57,118 bases of DNA from an uncultured Candidatus Saccharibacteria bacterium (GCA_964435025.1 CAYSXL010000001.1:1-57118), one strand, 5' to 3'; shown: positions 16,727 to 27,254, counted from the first letter of the stretch. Program-made: numbers and translations. The notes: generated from the sequence alone by a model not told the origin.

Positions 16727-19700
16727 GGAGAGATACAACAAACTAAATAAAGATCAAAAGAGCGCCGTTAATCATACGGAAGGTCCGCTTCTCGTTATCG
16801 CCGGTCCGGGTTCGGGAAAGACGGAGCTTTTGGGAATTAGAGTGGGGAATATTTTAAAAAAAACGGACGTTCCTCCTGAAAGTATTCTTTGTCTCACTTA
16901 TACGGATGCAGCTTCTTCCGGTATGAAAGAAAGACTTATTGAACTTGTCGGTGAGGACGGGTACAAGGTCCCGACGCACACCTTTCACGGGTTTTGCAAG
17001 AAAATAATGGAATCTTACCCCGAATATTTTTTTAAAGGGGCTCTTTTTAATGTTGCCGATGATGCCACCAGAACAGGAATCCTGGAAAGCATACTTAGCG
17101 AGCTTGAGCATGACAACCCTTTGAGTGTTGTTCACCCCAAAAAAGGATATATCCATCTCGAGGGCGTAAAAGAGGGGGTTACGCGTCTAAAAGAAAGCGG
17201 GCTTACGGTGAGTGAATTTAAAAAAGTAGTTGAAGAGAACAAAAAATTTTTAGAAAAGACACAAGGAAAAATAGACAATATTTTCAGCCAAAGAGTAAGC
17301 AAGGAGACGGTGGCAGAAATTGAATTGTTTATAGTAGATTTAAGGAAAGAGAAAAAATTTGCGGTGGGTCACGTAAAATCTTTGGCGCATATTATAGCTG
17401 ATTCTCTTGAGCTAGCTATAGAAGGAGGGAGTACTGAGAAAATTTCTCGGTGGAAGCGGGTTTGGACAAAAAAGGACCAAGAAAAAAGGATATTAAAAAA
17501 TTTATCCGATATCGAGAAGATGGAAAGCATGGCTGATATTTACGAGAAGTATAAAGCAAAGATGTATGAAGAGGGGTATTACGAATTTCTTGACATGCTT
17601 CTTGATGTAGCCGTAGAAATGGAAAATAACGAGTCGCTAAGAGATGAGCTACGAGAAAAATACCTTTACTTTTTGGTTGATGAGTTTCAGGATACAAACG
17701 GTATCCAGATGCGTATTTTAAACCTTCTTATAGAGGATGAGAGGGATAGATTGCCCAATATTTGTGTCGTGGGAGACGACGACCAGGCAATTTATAGGTT
17801 TCAGGGCGCTGAAATATCCAATATTTTGGGATTCCGGGAAAGTTATCCGGATGCGAAAGTAGTGACGCTTCTAAAGAACTACCGCTCAAAACAAAAAATA
17901 ATCGAGTTAGCAAGAAATGTTATTTTAAAAGGCGGAGAGAGATTGGAAAACTTACTTAAAGAAGTCAATAAAGATCTTGTCTCTCAAACGGGAAAGGGTA
18001 AAGAAGTTTTTCTGAGATCTTTTAACACAAAAGAAGAAGAGTATACGTTCGTAGCGCGAAAAGTAAAGCGCATTATCTCCGAAGGAAAGGATCCGGGAGA
18101 GATAGCGATTATCGGGAGAACACATAAATCTTTACAGGAGATAAGACCGTTCTTTTCTTATTTAAACATCCCCACTTATTCGGAAAGAAAAGAGAATGTG
18201 CTTGAAAAAGAGCATGTCAGACAAATAATCACTATCGTAAAGTTCGCCTCCCTTTGCCTGGAAGGGGACAAAAAGAGTTCCGAAGAACTTCTTCCCGAGA
18301 TACTGAGCTTTCCTTTCTGGGAACTAAAAAGAGAAAAGATAATGGAAGTGTCTTCCAAGGCGTATCTTGAAAGAAAATCTTGGCTTACATGCATGAAAGA
18401 GGACGGGGAACTTAAGCATATCGCGGATTTTTTAATAGATATTTCCCTAAAGGCAAAAAACAAATCTCTTGAAGAGATCGTTGATATAGTTATCGGAACG
18501 AAAAGAGGCTATTTGGAAAGCCCTTTTAAAAAATTCCATTTTTCAAAAGAAAGACTTGAGAATGAAAGCAATAGTTATTTGGACCTGCTTTCCTCTTTGA
18601 GATGTTTTATTAAAGCGGTAAGGACGTATAAGGCCGGGAAATTTACCAAAGCAAAAGATTTAACGTATTTCCTGGAGCTCTATAAAAAAAACAATATTTC
18701 TTTGCTTAACAAAGATCCTCTTATCTCTCAGGAAGGCGTGGTTTCGCTTATAACCGCACACAACGCGAAAGGAAAAGAGTTCGATACGGTTTTTGTTTTA
18801 AATTGCCAAAGAGAAGAGTGGGGAGTGACGAAGGGGAGAAGAAAGATATCCCTTCCCGCCAATATTCCTTTCAGAAAGGCGGGGGATGAGGATGATGACA
18901 GATTACGCCTGTTTTACGTTGCGCTTACCAGAGCGAAGAATTTTCTTTATCCGGTTTGCTATAAAAAAGAAGAAGACGGAAAGAACGTGACGCCTCTGGA
19001 ATTTTTAAGTGGCATAAAAAGCAAAGAAAGAAAGGAAAAAGTATGTGAGGAAAGTTTCCGGTCTGCTTTTCTTTCTTTCTATACCTCGCCGTTTCACAGA
19101 AAGGAGCGCGATTTTTTGTTTTCTTTGGTAAAAAAACACAAGCTTAGCGCTACGGGAATTAACAAATTTTTAAATGTTACGGATGAAGGACCCCAAAGTT
19201 TCTTGGAAGAAAACATTTTGCATTTTCCCGAGAAAAAGGCGCTTCCTTTATCCTATGGAACAGCTGTTCATTCTGTTATAAATGAAATATATGTGGAGCT
19301 TAAAAAGAAAGGAAAACTTCTAAACGAAAAGAGAATAATAGAAATTTTTGAAAATTATTTAAGAAAGGAAAGACTTTCCGAGAAAGATTTTAGCAAGCTT
19401 CTAAAGCAAGGAAAGCAGGAGATTACTTTGTTTTACAAAGCAAAAAGAAAAGAATTTTCCGCTGATCATATTATTGAAAAGAATTTTAGAAACGAAGATT
19501 GCTTAGTCGGTGGTGTAGAAATTACGGGAAAGATTGACAAGATAATTAAGGATGAAAACCGCATTAAGGTCGCTGACTTCAAGACGGGTAATTCTCTTTT
19601 TGACTGGAAGGGGAAAAATGAATATGAAAAAGTGAAGGCCTGGAAATATAAAAATCAACTTATTTTTTACAAGTTTCTCGTGGAGAATTCAAAAGAATTT

Positions 19701-19940
19701 AAAGGAAAATATTTTGTAGAATCGGGATATCTGGAATTCATAAGGCCTACAAAAGAAAAAGAAGTGATAACTTTGCCTTTGGAATTCAAAAAAGAAGATG
19801 AAGAGAGAATGGAGGCCTTGATTAAAGTTGTGGCAAATAAGATTGGGAAACTTGATTTCCCCTCCGTTGAAAAATATAAAAAAGGTACCGTAAAAGAGAT
19901 TGCGCAATTTGAGAATGATCTTCTTTGTGGAAGGTTGTAG
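16716..19940 (+). CDS. UvrD/Rep-family helicase fused to a C-terminal PD-(D/E)xK (RecB-type) nuclease; AddA/RecB-like
   Basis: AGPGSGKT, DEFQDTN, VGDDDQAIYRFQGA, YRS, and VALTRAK helicase motifs. The C-terminus GKIDKI...KVADFKTG...YKNQLIFYKFL matches D...DxK...QxxxY. ATG 16716 overlaps the kinase stop by 11 nt. Confidence 0.85.
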   Translation: MSFKERYNKLNKDQKSAVNHTEGPLLVIAGPGSGKTELLGIRVGNILKKTDVPPESILCLTYTDAASSGMKERLIELVGEDGYKVPTHTFHGFCKKIMESYPEYFFKGALFNVADDATRTGILESILSELEHDNPLSVVHPKKGYIHLEGVKEGVTRLKESGLTVSEFKKVVEENKKFLEKTQGKIDNIFSQRVSKETVAEIELFIVDLRKEKKFAVGHVKSLAHIIADSLELAIEGGSTEKISRWKRVWTKKDQEKRILKNLSDIEKMESMADIYEKYKAKMYEEGYYEFLDMLLDVAVEMENNESLRDELREKYLYFLVDEFQDTNGIQMRILNLLIEDERDRLPNICVVGDDDQAIYRFQGAEISNILGFRESYPDAKVVTLLKNYRSKQKIIELARNVILKGGERLENLLKEVNKDLVSQTGKGKEVFLRSFNTKEEEYTFVARKVKRIISEGKDPGEIAIIGRTHKSLQEIRPFFSYLNIPTYSERKENVLEKEHVRQIITIVKFASLCLEGDKKSSEELLPEILSFPFWELKREKIMEVSSKAYLERKSWLTCMKEDGELKHIADFLIDISLKAKNKSLEEIVDIVIGTKRGYLESPFKKFHFSKERLENESNSYLDLLSSLRCFIKAVRTYKAGKFTKAKDLTYFLELYKKNNISLLNKDPLISQEGVVSLITAHNAKGKEFDTVFVLNCQREEWGVTKGRRKISLPANIPFRKAGDEDDDRLRLFYVALTRAKNFLYPVCYKKEEDGKNVTPLEFLSGIKSKERKEKVCEESFRSAFLSFYTSPFHRKERDFLFSLVKKHKLSATGINKFLNVTDEGPQSFLEENILHFPEKKALPLSYGTAVHSVINEIYVELKKKGKLLNEKRIIEIFENYLRKERLSEKDFSKLLKQGKQEITLFYKAKRKEFSADHIIEKNFRNEDCLVGGVEITGKIDKIIKDENRIKVADFKTGNSLFDWKGKNEYEKVKAWKYKNQLIFYKFLVENSKEFKGKYFVESGYLEFIRPTKEKEVITLPLEFKKEDEERMEALIKVVANKIGKLDFPSVEKYKKGTVKEIAQFENDLLCGRL

Positions 19941-19967
19941 AAGTGATAAAAAAATTAAGAGGAAAAC

Positions 19968-21014
19968 ATGGGAAAAAGCAGAAAAATATTACACATGGAT
20001 ATGGATTATTTCTTTGCGCAAATCGAAGAAAGAGAAAATCCGCAGTTTAAAGGCAATCCTCTTGTGGTAGGCGCTGATCCTAAAAAAGGTAAAGGAAGGG
20101 GAGTGGTTTCAACTTGCAATTATGAAGCTCGCAAGTATGGAATAAAATCGGGAATGCCGATATCACGGAGTTACAAATTAGCGCCGGAGGCAATCTTTTT
20201 GCCGGTAAATATGTCTCTTTATAAAAAGGTTTCCGACTCTGTTTTTCGGGTTGCGAGTAAAATTTCACCGGAAATGGAGAAAGTGTCTTTGGATGAAGCT
20301 TATATAGATATTACGAAAAAAGTAAAAAATTATAGAGAAGCGGAGGGAGTTGGGAAGAAACTCAAAAGAGAAATTCTAAAAAAGGAAAAACTTACATGTA
20401 GTATAGGGGTCTCCAAAAATAAGATGATGGCAAAAATAGCTTGCGAACTTGCAAAACCGGACGGAATAAAAGTTGTCCCTCCCGGGCAAGTAACGGGAGT
20501 TATAGATGGAATGGATTTGGAAACCGTTCCCGGCATAGGCCCTAAAACGAAAAAGCTCCTTAAAGAGGTTTTAAAGAAAGAAAATCCGAAAATTAAGGAT
20601 GCTCTCTCTCTTTCCAAAGAAGAGCTAATGGATCTTCTGGGTAAAAGAGGAGGGGAGTTTTACCATAAATTTCGCGGTATAGACGATTCTTCCGTGGTGG
20701 AAAAAAGAAAAGCAAAGTCGATTGGGAAAGAGCATACTTTTCAAAAGGATACGAGAGACTCTAAAGAAATCATAAAAGTATTCAAAAGTCTTGTCGGGGA
20801 CGTGTATCGACAAGCGAAAGATAAAAGAGTAAAAGGAATTACCGTCGTTTGCCGTTATGAAGATTTTGAAACACATACCAAACAGATATCTTTTGAAACA
20901 AGAATGCGCAGCAAAGAGCTTTTTTACAAAAAAAGTGTGCCCTTGCTTTTAAAATTTTTAATGCAGAGTAACAAGAAACTTCGGCTTATCGGTTTTAGAG
21001 TGATGATCAAATGA
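19968..21014 (+). CDS. dinB: DNA polymerase IV (Y-family)
   Basis: ILHMDMDYFFAQIEERENP, SLDEAYIDIT, SIGVSKNKMMAKIA. Confidence 0.9.
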   Translation: MGKSRKILHMDMDYFFAQIEERENPQFKGNPLVVGADPKKGKGRGVVSTCNYEARKYGIKSGMPISRSYKLAPEAIFLPVNMSLYKKVSDSVFRVASKISPEMEKVSLDEAYIDITKKVKNYREAEGVGKKLKREILKKEKLTCSIGVSKNKMMAKIACELAKPDGIKVVPPGQVTGVIDGMDLETVPGIGPKTKKLLKEVLKKENPKIKDALSLSKEELMDLLGKRGGEFYHKFRGIDDSSVVEKRKAKSIGKEHTFQKDTRDSKEIIKVFKSLVGDVYRQAKDKRVKGITVVCRYEDFETHTKQISFETRMRSKELFYKKSVPLLLKFLMQSNKKLRLIGFRVMIK

Positions 21015-21068
21015 CGGTGCTAACAGTGTCTTATACTTTGCAGCGGGACCTGATTTGCCAAGGAAGGC

Positions 21069-22313
21069 GTGAAAGTATATACTCCCCGGAGACGAGATGA
21101 TAAAGAATGTATTTTAGCTATTATGGAGAAATTTTTAAAGAACATAAAAAAGCAAATAAAAAAGGAGGGAGAAAGGAGCGGAATAGATAAAATAGTAACA
21201 GATAATCTGCTTTTGCCCGATCGGTTGATTGAATTTAAGATAAATACTTACGGCAAGGTATATCCCGCCTACAGGTGCCAACACTCAAATATTATGGGAC
21301 CTTATAAAGGAGGAATACGTTTTAGCGAGGATGTCACAAGAGATGAAGTGGAGGCGCTTTCGATTTTAATGACTCTTAAGTGCGCTCTTATTGATATTCC
21401 CTTTGGTGGGGGAAAAGGAGGTATAAGGGTTGATGCCAAAGAAATTAAGGCAGATGAAAGAGATGATATTGCCAGAAAATATGTGCAAGGGGCCTTTGAT
21501 ATATTCGGACCGGAAAAAGATATACCGGCGCCGGATATAAGCACCGATGAAAATACAATGGCAATAATGGCACAGGAATTTTCTCGGATTTCAGGAGAGA
21601 ATATCCCGAATTCCTTCACCGGCAAGCCGATCACGGAAGGAGGGTTGCATGGGAGGACAGAGGCTACGGGATATGGAGGAGTTGCGGTTATTGAGGAGCT
21701 TTGCAAAATGGAAAATATCTCCAAGGTAAGAATTGCGGTTCAAGGCTTCGGAAATGTCGGCTCTCATTTCGTAAAGCTTATAAAGGAAAAAGAAAACCCC
21801 GTGATTGCGGTATCCGAGCACTGGGGAGGAATAAAGAATGAAGAAGGGCTTAATACAAAAGAGCTCCTGGAATACAAAAGAAGGGGAGAACAAATAAGAA
21901 CGGAAAAAAGTGTAAACATAAGCAATAAAGAACTTTTAGAGATGGATGTCGATGTTCTTGTGCTGGCTGCTACGGAAAACGTAATCACCAAAGAAAATGC
22001 GGAGAAAATAAAGGCAAAGTATATAATTTGCATTGCCAACGGTCCGGTGACCAGAAAAGCGGAAAAAATACTCTCCAAAAAAGGAAAAATTGTGGTGCCT
22101 GATATCTTGGCAAGCTCGGGAGGGGTAGCAGCTTCTTATTTGGAATGGATACAACCGCTTGAGAACAAAAGTTATACCAAGGAGGAGGTTTTTGCTTTTA
22201 TCTCCAAAAAAATGAAAAAGGCAATGAGTGATGTTTACGGAAAGAAAAGGGATACACTTACAAAAGCCGCATTTTCTACTGCTTTATTAAAGCTGCAAAA
22301 TAAATTAAGTTGA
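21069..22313 (+). CDS. gdhA: Glutamate dehydrogenase (Glu/Leu/Phe/Val dehydrogenase family)
   Basis: GPYKGGIRF with the catalytic Lys region GGGKGGI, and the Rossmann segment VQGFGNVG. The start is uncertain: GTG 21069 or ATG 21123. Confidence 0.85.
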   Translation: MKVYTPRRRDDKECILAIMEKFLKNIKKQIKKEGERSGIDKIVTDNLLLPDRLIEFKINTYGKVYPAYRCQHSNIMGPYKGGIRFSEDVTRDEVEALSILMTLKCALIDIPFGGGKGGIRVDAKEIKADERDDIARKYVQGAFDIFGPEKDIPAPDISTDENTMAIMAQEFSRISGENIPNSFTGKPITEGGLHGRTEATGYGGVAVIEELCKMENISKVRIAVQGFGNVGSHFVKLIKEKENPVIAVSEHWGGIKNEEGLNTKELLEYKRRGEQIRTEKSVNISNKELLEMDVDVLVLAATENVITKENAEKIKAKYIICIANGPVTRKAEKILSKKGKIVVPDILASSGGVAASYLEWIQPLENKSYTKEEVFAFISKKMKKAMSDVYGKKRDTLTKAAFSTALLKLQNKLS

Positions 22314-22314
22314 A

Positions 22315-23616
22315 ATGAGTACCGGTATTCCCAAAAAAATAACATCCAAGGAGCCCATGTCCGTGGGGGATTATATATCCTTACTTAACGAGCTTTTGAA
22401 AAGAGTGGAAGTAAAGGTTGTCGGGGAAATAAGCGAACTTAAAAGAGCCTCCAGCGGCCATATTTATTTTTCTTTAAAAGATGAAGAAACTGGAGATGTA
22501 ATAAATTGCGTGATTTGGAATTCTGTTTACAAGATGTGCGGGATCGAGTTGGAAGACGGGATGCAGGTGGTTGTTTCCGGAGCCGCAGATATCTACAGGG
22601 TGAGAGGAACTCTCACTTTTAAAGTAAGAACGGTTGAGCTCGTGGGAGAAGGAGCCCTTAAGAGAGCTTACGAAGAACTAAAGGCCAAACTTTTGAAAGA
22701 AGGTTTGTTTGAAACGGAAAAGAAACGTAAAATTCCGGAATTTCCTCGAGCGGTGGGGGTTATCACATCTAAAAAAGGGGCAGCGATACATGATTTTATA
22801 AACAACCTTGAAAAATTCGGGTTAAAGGTGTATATTTGCGATTCTCGTGTAGAAGGACAGGAAGCTGTAAAGGACTTGCTTTCCTCAATAAAAACGATGA
22901 AAGCAAAAAAGATTGACGTACTGGTCATTACAAGAGGAGGAGGATCTCTTCAATCTCTCTTGGCCTTTGATAACGAGATGCTTGTAAGAGAAATTGCCGA
23001 TTTTCCGGTGCCGGTGGTCGCCGGCATAGGGCATCATGAGGACATAACCCTAAGCGCACTTGCGGCGGACAAAACCTTATCCACACCTACTGCGGCGGCA
23101 AGTTATTTAACAAGAGGATATCAAAAGGCCCGTGATGATCTTTTGTACTTCCAAGAGAGTATAAAAAACGGCTACGAAAATATTTTTTACGGCAGAGTCA
23201 GGAAATTTATTTCTCTATTTAACGAGATAGTGTATTTTTTCCGGCAGATAATTGATAAATACAAAAAAACCGAAGAGAGAACAAGGAGAAATCTCCTTTA
23301 TATGGAAAGTTTTATTCACAAAAAGAAGGAAGAAGTAAATTCTTTGGAACAGGGAATAAATAGCGGTCTTCAAACAGGGCTGTGGCAGACGAAAAAAAAG
23401 ATAGAAAATATTTCACAGGTTATTTCTGCGAATGACCCTAAGAAGCAGTTGAATTTAGGATATGCCATAATTAAAAAAGAGGGAAAAGCGGTAAAAAGCA
23501 CAAAACAAGTGAAATTGGAAGAAACTATACAAACGGTTCTTTCCGACGGAGAACTGTCTTCAAAAGTTAAAAAAATTAAAACCCAAAAATATGGCCAAAA
23601 AAAACAACAATCTTAG
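22315..23616 (+). CDS. xseA: Exodeoxyribonuclease VII large subunit
   Basis: OB-fold N-terminus VKVVGEISELKRASSGHIYFSLKDE, and ITRGGGS...FDNE. Confidence 0.9.
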   Translation: MSTGIPKKITSKEPMSVGDYISLLNELLKRVEVKVVGEISELKRASSGHIYFSLKDEETGDVINCVIWNSVYKMCGIELEDGMQVVVSGAADIYRVRGTLTFKVRTVELVGEGALKRAYEELKAKLLKEGLFETEKKRKIPEFPRAVGVITSKKGAAIHDFINNLEKFGLKVYICDSRVEGQEAVKDLLSSIKTMKAKKIDVLVITRGGGSLQSLLAFDNEMLVREIADFPVPVVAGIGHHEDITLSALAADKTLSTPTAAASYLTRGYQKARDDLLYFQESIKNGYENIFYGRVRKFISLFNEIVYFFRQIIDKYKKTEERTRRNLLYMESFIHKKKEEVNSLEQGINSGLQTGLWQTKKKIENISQVISANDPKKQLNLGYAIIKKEGKAVKSTKQVKLEETIQTVLSDGELSSKVKKIKTQKYGQKKQQS

Positions 23617-23800
23617 CGAGAATCTAAAAAAGCTATCCGAGATATCCGAATGGTTCGAGGGGAGGGAAGATACTGATGTGGAAGAAGGATTGAAAAAAGT
23701 GAAGGATGCTGTGAAAATAATAAAAGAGAGCAAGGAAAGATTGAAGGAGATAGAAAACGAATTTGAGGAAGTAAAAAAAGAACTCGACGAAGAAGAGTAG
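23591..23800 (+). CDS. xseB: Exodeoxyribonuclease VII small subunit
   Basis: 69-aa helical protein that overlaps the xseA 3' end by 26 nt. LKKLSEISEWFE...LEEGLKKVKDA pattern. Confidence 0.75.
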   Translation: MAKKNNNLSENLKKLSEISEWFEGREDTDVEEGLKKVKDAVKIIKESKERLKEIENEFEEVKKELDEEE

Positions 23801-23877
23801 GAAGCAGGATATTCTTCTATACTAAAGCTACGGAGGAGAGTCAAAAAACAAAAGACAAATAGGTTTTTGCGGTATAT

Positions 23878-25794
23878 ATGTCTGAATTTAAAGAAGAGCT
23901 TAACAAAGAACAGCTTAGAATTGTGCGCGAGGGTGACGGCCCTTGTCTTGTTTTAAGTGGTCCCGGTTCCGGAAAAACAAAAACGCTTGTTCACAGAACA
24001 GCTTATCTTATAAAAAAGGGAATTCCTCCTTCAAGAATACTTCTCCTTACCTTCACCAAAAAAGCGGCAAAAGAAATGCTTTTTCGCATCAAACTACTCG
24101 CCGGAAAAGAAGGTGAAAAGGTTTATGGAGGGACTTTCCATCATACGGGTAATTATTATCTAAGAAAATATGCGGGAAGGATAGGTTATCCTTCCAATTT
24201 TGTTATTCTTGACGAAGAAGATTCCAAGAGTCTTTTATCTATCATATTGAAAGAAGAAAAGGAAAAAGGTATCCCTAAAGCTCAGGTGGTACAAAAGATA
24301 ATATCCTTAGCGGTAAACTCTCAAAAGGATATAAATAGTGTTATAAGCACTTTTTTTCCCTACTTCGACAAAGACACAAAAGATGTAATCTCAAATGTGA
24401 ATGAAGCTTACAAGAAGCGGAAAAAGCAAAGTAATCTCATGGATTACGATGACCTTCTTTTAAATTGGAACGAGATTCTTTCTTTTCCCGACATAGGGAA
24501 AGAGATATCTTCCAACTTTCTATATATTCTTATCGACGAATACCAGGATACGAATTCACTTCAGGACGATATCGCAAAAAAACTTGCTACAGCGCATAAA
24601 AATATTTTGGCCGTAGGGGACGATTCTCAAAGCATCTATTCTTTTAGAGCGGCCGATATAAATAATATCCTTAATTTTTCCAAGAACTATACCCGCGCTA
24701 AAGTGTTTAAACTGGAAACGAATTATCGGAGTACTCCGGAAATACTTGATGCTGCAAACAGAGTGATCGCCAACAACGAAAACAAACTGGAAAAAAAATT
24801 GAAAAGCTCTCTTATGCAAGGAAAAGCGCCGACAATAAAAAGTTTCGCCTCTCCTTATGACCAGGCGAGATATATTGTTAATCGTATTGAGGAAATAAAC
24901 GACCCTGCACAAACAGCGGTTCTTTTTCGCGCTCACCATCATTCCATTGAACTTGAAATGGAGCTTGTAAAAAGAAAAATTCCCTATGGATTAAGAGGGG
25001 GACCAAAATTCTTCGAACAGCTCCATGTCAAAGATTTACTTGCTTTTCTAAAGATACTTTCAAATTTTTGCGACGAAACCTCGTGGCACAGGTTACTTAT
25101 GAGACAAGAGGGAATTGGCGATGTCTATGCAAGCCAGCTTACAAAAAGGGTCTGTCGTTTTAAAGACTTAAAAAGCGTTCTTTTAGAAAAAGAAAAAGTC
25201 ATTGCCTCTTTCTCTTCAAAATCGGTCAAAAATGGTATCGATTCTCTCCTCTCAATTATTGAAAAAAGCCGGGGGAAAACGGTTGCGGAAGCCATAGAAT
25301 GTTTCTTGCAAGACTTCTACGGGACTTATCTGGACTTCTCTTTTGAAAACGCGAAGGAAAGGAAAAGCGATCTGCAGCGGGTAAAAGAATTAGCAAAAAA
25401 CTATAACAACGTAGGGGAGATGCTTGCGGAATTCATGCTCAGCGAGGAATACGGAGATGAAAGCAAAAATGAAAATACGATTATTTTAAGTAGCATACAC
25501 CAAGCAAAGGGACTTGAGTGGGAATCGGTCTTTGTTATTTCCCTCAAGGAAGGAGACTTTCCCCACGGCAAATCCTTGGAGGATAATCTAATTGAGGAAG
25601 AAAGACGCCTTTTTTATGTTGCTATTACGCGCTGTAAAAAGAATCTTTTCCTAACTTATCCCGTTTACAGCTCCAGGGAAAAGTATACTTCTTCTCCGTC
25701 GAGATTTCTTCGAGAGATTAAAGAGATTGAAAAAGAGGAAGAAATTATTGAAGAAGAGATAATTGATGAAGATGGTGAGTGGGAGTATTTTTAA
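23878..25794 (+). CDS. UvrD/PcrA-type ATP-dependent DNA helicase (no nuclease domain)
   Basis: LNKEQ...GPGSGKT, DEYQDTN, VGDDSQSIYSFRAA, NYRS, SIHQAKGLEW, YVAITR. Confidence 0.85.
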   Translation: MSEFKEELNKEQLRIVREGDGPCLVLSGPGSGKTKTLVHRTAYLIKKGIPPSRILLLTFTKKAAKEMLFRIKLLAGKEGEKVYGGTFHHTGNYYLRKYAGRIGYPSNFVILDEEDSKSLLSIILKEEKEKGIPKAQVVQKIISLAVNSQKDINSVISTFFPYFDKDTKDVISNVNEAYKKRKKQSNLMDYDDLLLNWNEILSFPDIGKEISSNFLYILIDEYQDTNSLQDDIAKKLATAHKNILAVGDDSQSIYSFRAADINNILNFSKNYTRAKVFKLETNYRSTPEILDAANRVIANNENKLEKKLKSSLMQGKAPTIKSFASPYDQARYIVNRIEEINDPAQTAVLFRAHHHSIELEMELVKRKIPYGLRGGPKFFEQLHVKDLLAFLKILSNFCDETSWHRLLMRQEGIGDVYASQLTKRVCRFKDLKSVLLEKEKVIASFSSKSVKNGIDSLLSIIEKSRGKTVAEAIECFLQDFYGTYLDFSFENAKERKSDLQRVKELAKNYNNVGEMLAEFMLSEEYGDESKNENTIILSSIHQAKGLEWESVFVISLKEGDFPHGKSLEDNLIEEERRLFYVAITRCKKNLFLTYPVYSSREKYTSSPSRFLREIKEIEKEEEIIEEEIIDEDGEWEYF

Positions 25795-25859
25795 GTCATT
25801 GTGAGGCGCAAAAAAATTTGTTATACTGAGTGACATATAAAATTAATTACGAAGATATT

Positions 25860-26561
25860 ATGAAGATATTTAAAGAGGGATGGGTTTGGATAATTCTTTT
25901 TGCGGTGGTTGTTTCTGCCGGAATCCTTATTTTTGACAAAGGGGATGTCTCACAAAAAAATGATATAGCTGTTCGGGTAAATAACGAAGCGGTAACGGAA
26001 AGTGAATTTGAAAAAATAAAAAATCAGACCGAAGAAGCCATGAAAATGGAAGGAGTGGAAATACCCGAGGAGGAAATAAAAAAAGAGACAGTGGAGATAG
26101 TAATAAGCCAACTTTTGCTATCGAGTTTTTTGAATGAAAAGAACCTTGAGATAACACAAGAGGAAATAAATGAATTTTATAAGACCATAGTAGCTCAAGA
26201 CGAACAGATCGATTCAAAAGAAGATTTTTATGGTTCATGGGAATCCGAGGGTGTTGACAGAAAAGAGGTGGAAGAACAGGTTATGCTTGCTATAAAATAC
26301 GATAAACTGTTTGAGAAATATTCTAAAGAGGTTGAGGTGACCGACGAAGAACTCCGTGAAGCGTATGAAGAATACAAAATGTGGATGGGGGAGGTTGGAG
26401 GAGAAGAGGTAGAAGGAGAATACGGCGAACTAACGCCTTTTGACGAACTCAGGGGAGAACTAAAAGAATTTACCCTTCAAGAAAAAGTCCAGGAGCGCAT
26501 TGACTCAGAGATGGAAGAGCTAAAAGAGAGAAGTGTTATTGAGGGATCCCAAATAAATTAA
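25860..26561 (+). CDS. Membrane-anchored SurA N-terminal-domain (PpiD-like chaperone) protein without a PPIase domain
   Basis: N-terminal TM helix, then IAVRVNNEAVTESEFEK, an otherwise helical acidic region, and a DELR.EL...L pattern. ATG 25860 is preferred over GTG 25830. Confidence 0.55.
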   Translation: MKIFKEGWVWIILFAVVVSAGILIFDKGDVSQKNDIAVRVNNEAVTESEFEKIKNQTEEAMKMEGVEIPEEEIKKETVEIVISQLLLSSFLNEKNLEITQEEINEFYKTIVAQDEQIDSKEDFYGSWESEGVDRKEVEEQVMLAIKYDKLFEKYSKEVEVTDEELREAYEEYKMWMGEVGGEEVEGEYGELTPFDELRGELKEFTLQEKVQERIDSEMEELKERSVIEGSQIN

Positions 26562-26564
26562 ATT

Positions 26565-27254
26565 ATGGACAAAAGAGCCGTCTTTTTTAAAACCATTCCT
26601 TTTGCCGTTTTTGTGCTGGTAGGGGTTACTTTGCTTTTTCTTTTTTTAAACTCCGATGCGTCAAAAGAAGAAAAAGTAGCGCTTGTTGTCAACGGAAGGG
26701 AAGTTACTGAAGATGAGTTTGATATTTATATAGAGGCTGTTGCTCGTGACAGGGTAAGAGAGGGAAGAGAGGATATTTTCCGAGAAGAAGTCAGAGAAGG
26801 TGCAATAGAAAGGGCTACCAGGAATGTGGTGGCGAGAGAGCTTCTGGAGGAAGAGGGGATAACGGTTTCAAAAGAAGAAACTTACAACTACTTAAGACAC
26901 CGTGCATTTGCAGAACCGGGTGTAGAAACAATAGAAGAGTTTCTGGATCGTGAAGCGCGGAAAGGATATCCCGAGAAAGAGAATATGTTAGTGGCGGAGA
27001 TTTATGTAGGATTTAGTAAACTTGCTCAGAAATACTATGAGAATACGGAAGTTACTGATGAAACAATTAAGAATGTGTATGATTCATTCAGAGAAAAATT
27101 ATTGGAGGAGGGGGTGGAGGATGCGGATATTCCCGAGTTTGAAGAGATGGAAGAGAGAGCAGAAGAGGTTTATACGAGAAAAAAGGTTTCGAAAAAGATT
27201 CTCGACGAGCTTGAAAAAAGGTTGGAGGAAGCAGAAGTTGATATTCTGAAATAA
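26565..27254 (+). CDS. Membrane-anchored SurA N-terminal-domain protein (paralog)
   Basis: N-terminal TM helix, then VALVVNGREVTEDEFDIYIE. Same architecture as 25860-26561. Confidence 0.55.
   Translation: MDKRAVFFKTIPFAVFVLVGVTLLFLFLNSDASKEEKVALVVNGREVTEDEFDIYIEAVARDRVREGREDIFREEVREGAIERATRNVVARELLEEEGITVSKEETYNYLRHRAFAEPGVETIEEFLDREARKGYPEKENMLVAEIYVGFSKLAQKYYENTEVTDETIKNVYDSFREKLLEEGVEDADIPEFEEMEERAEEVYTRKKVSKKILDELEKRLEEAEVDILK

Noticed and set aside
9911-19940. Gabija-like system (OLD-family GajA plus UvrD-like GajB)
   Set aside because: The nearest UvrD-family gene starts more than 5 kb away on the opposite strand, with unrelated genes in between. It also carries its own nuclease domain (AddA-like). 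Gabija requires adjacent, co-oriented gajA-gajB.
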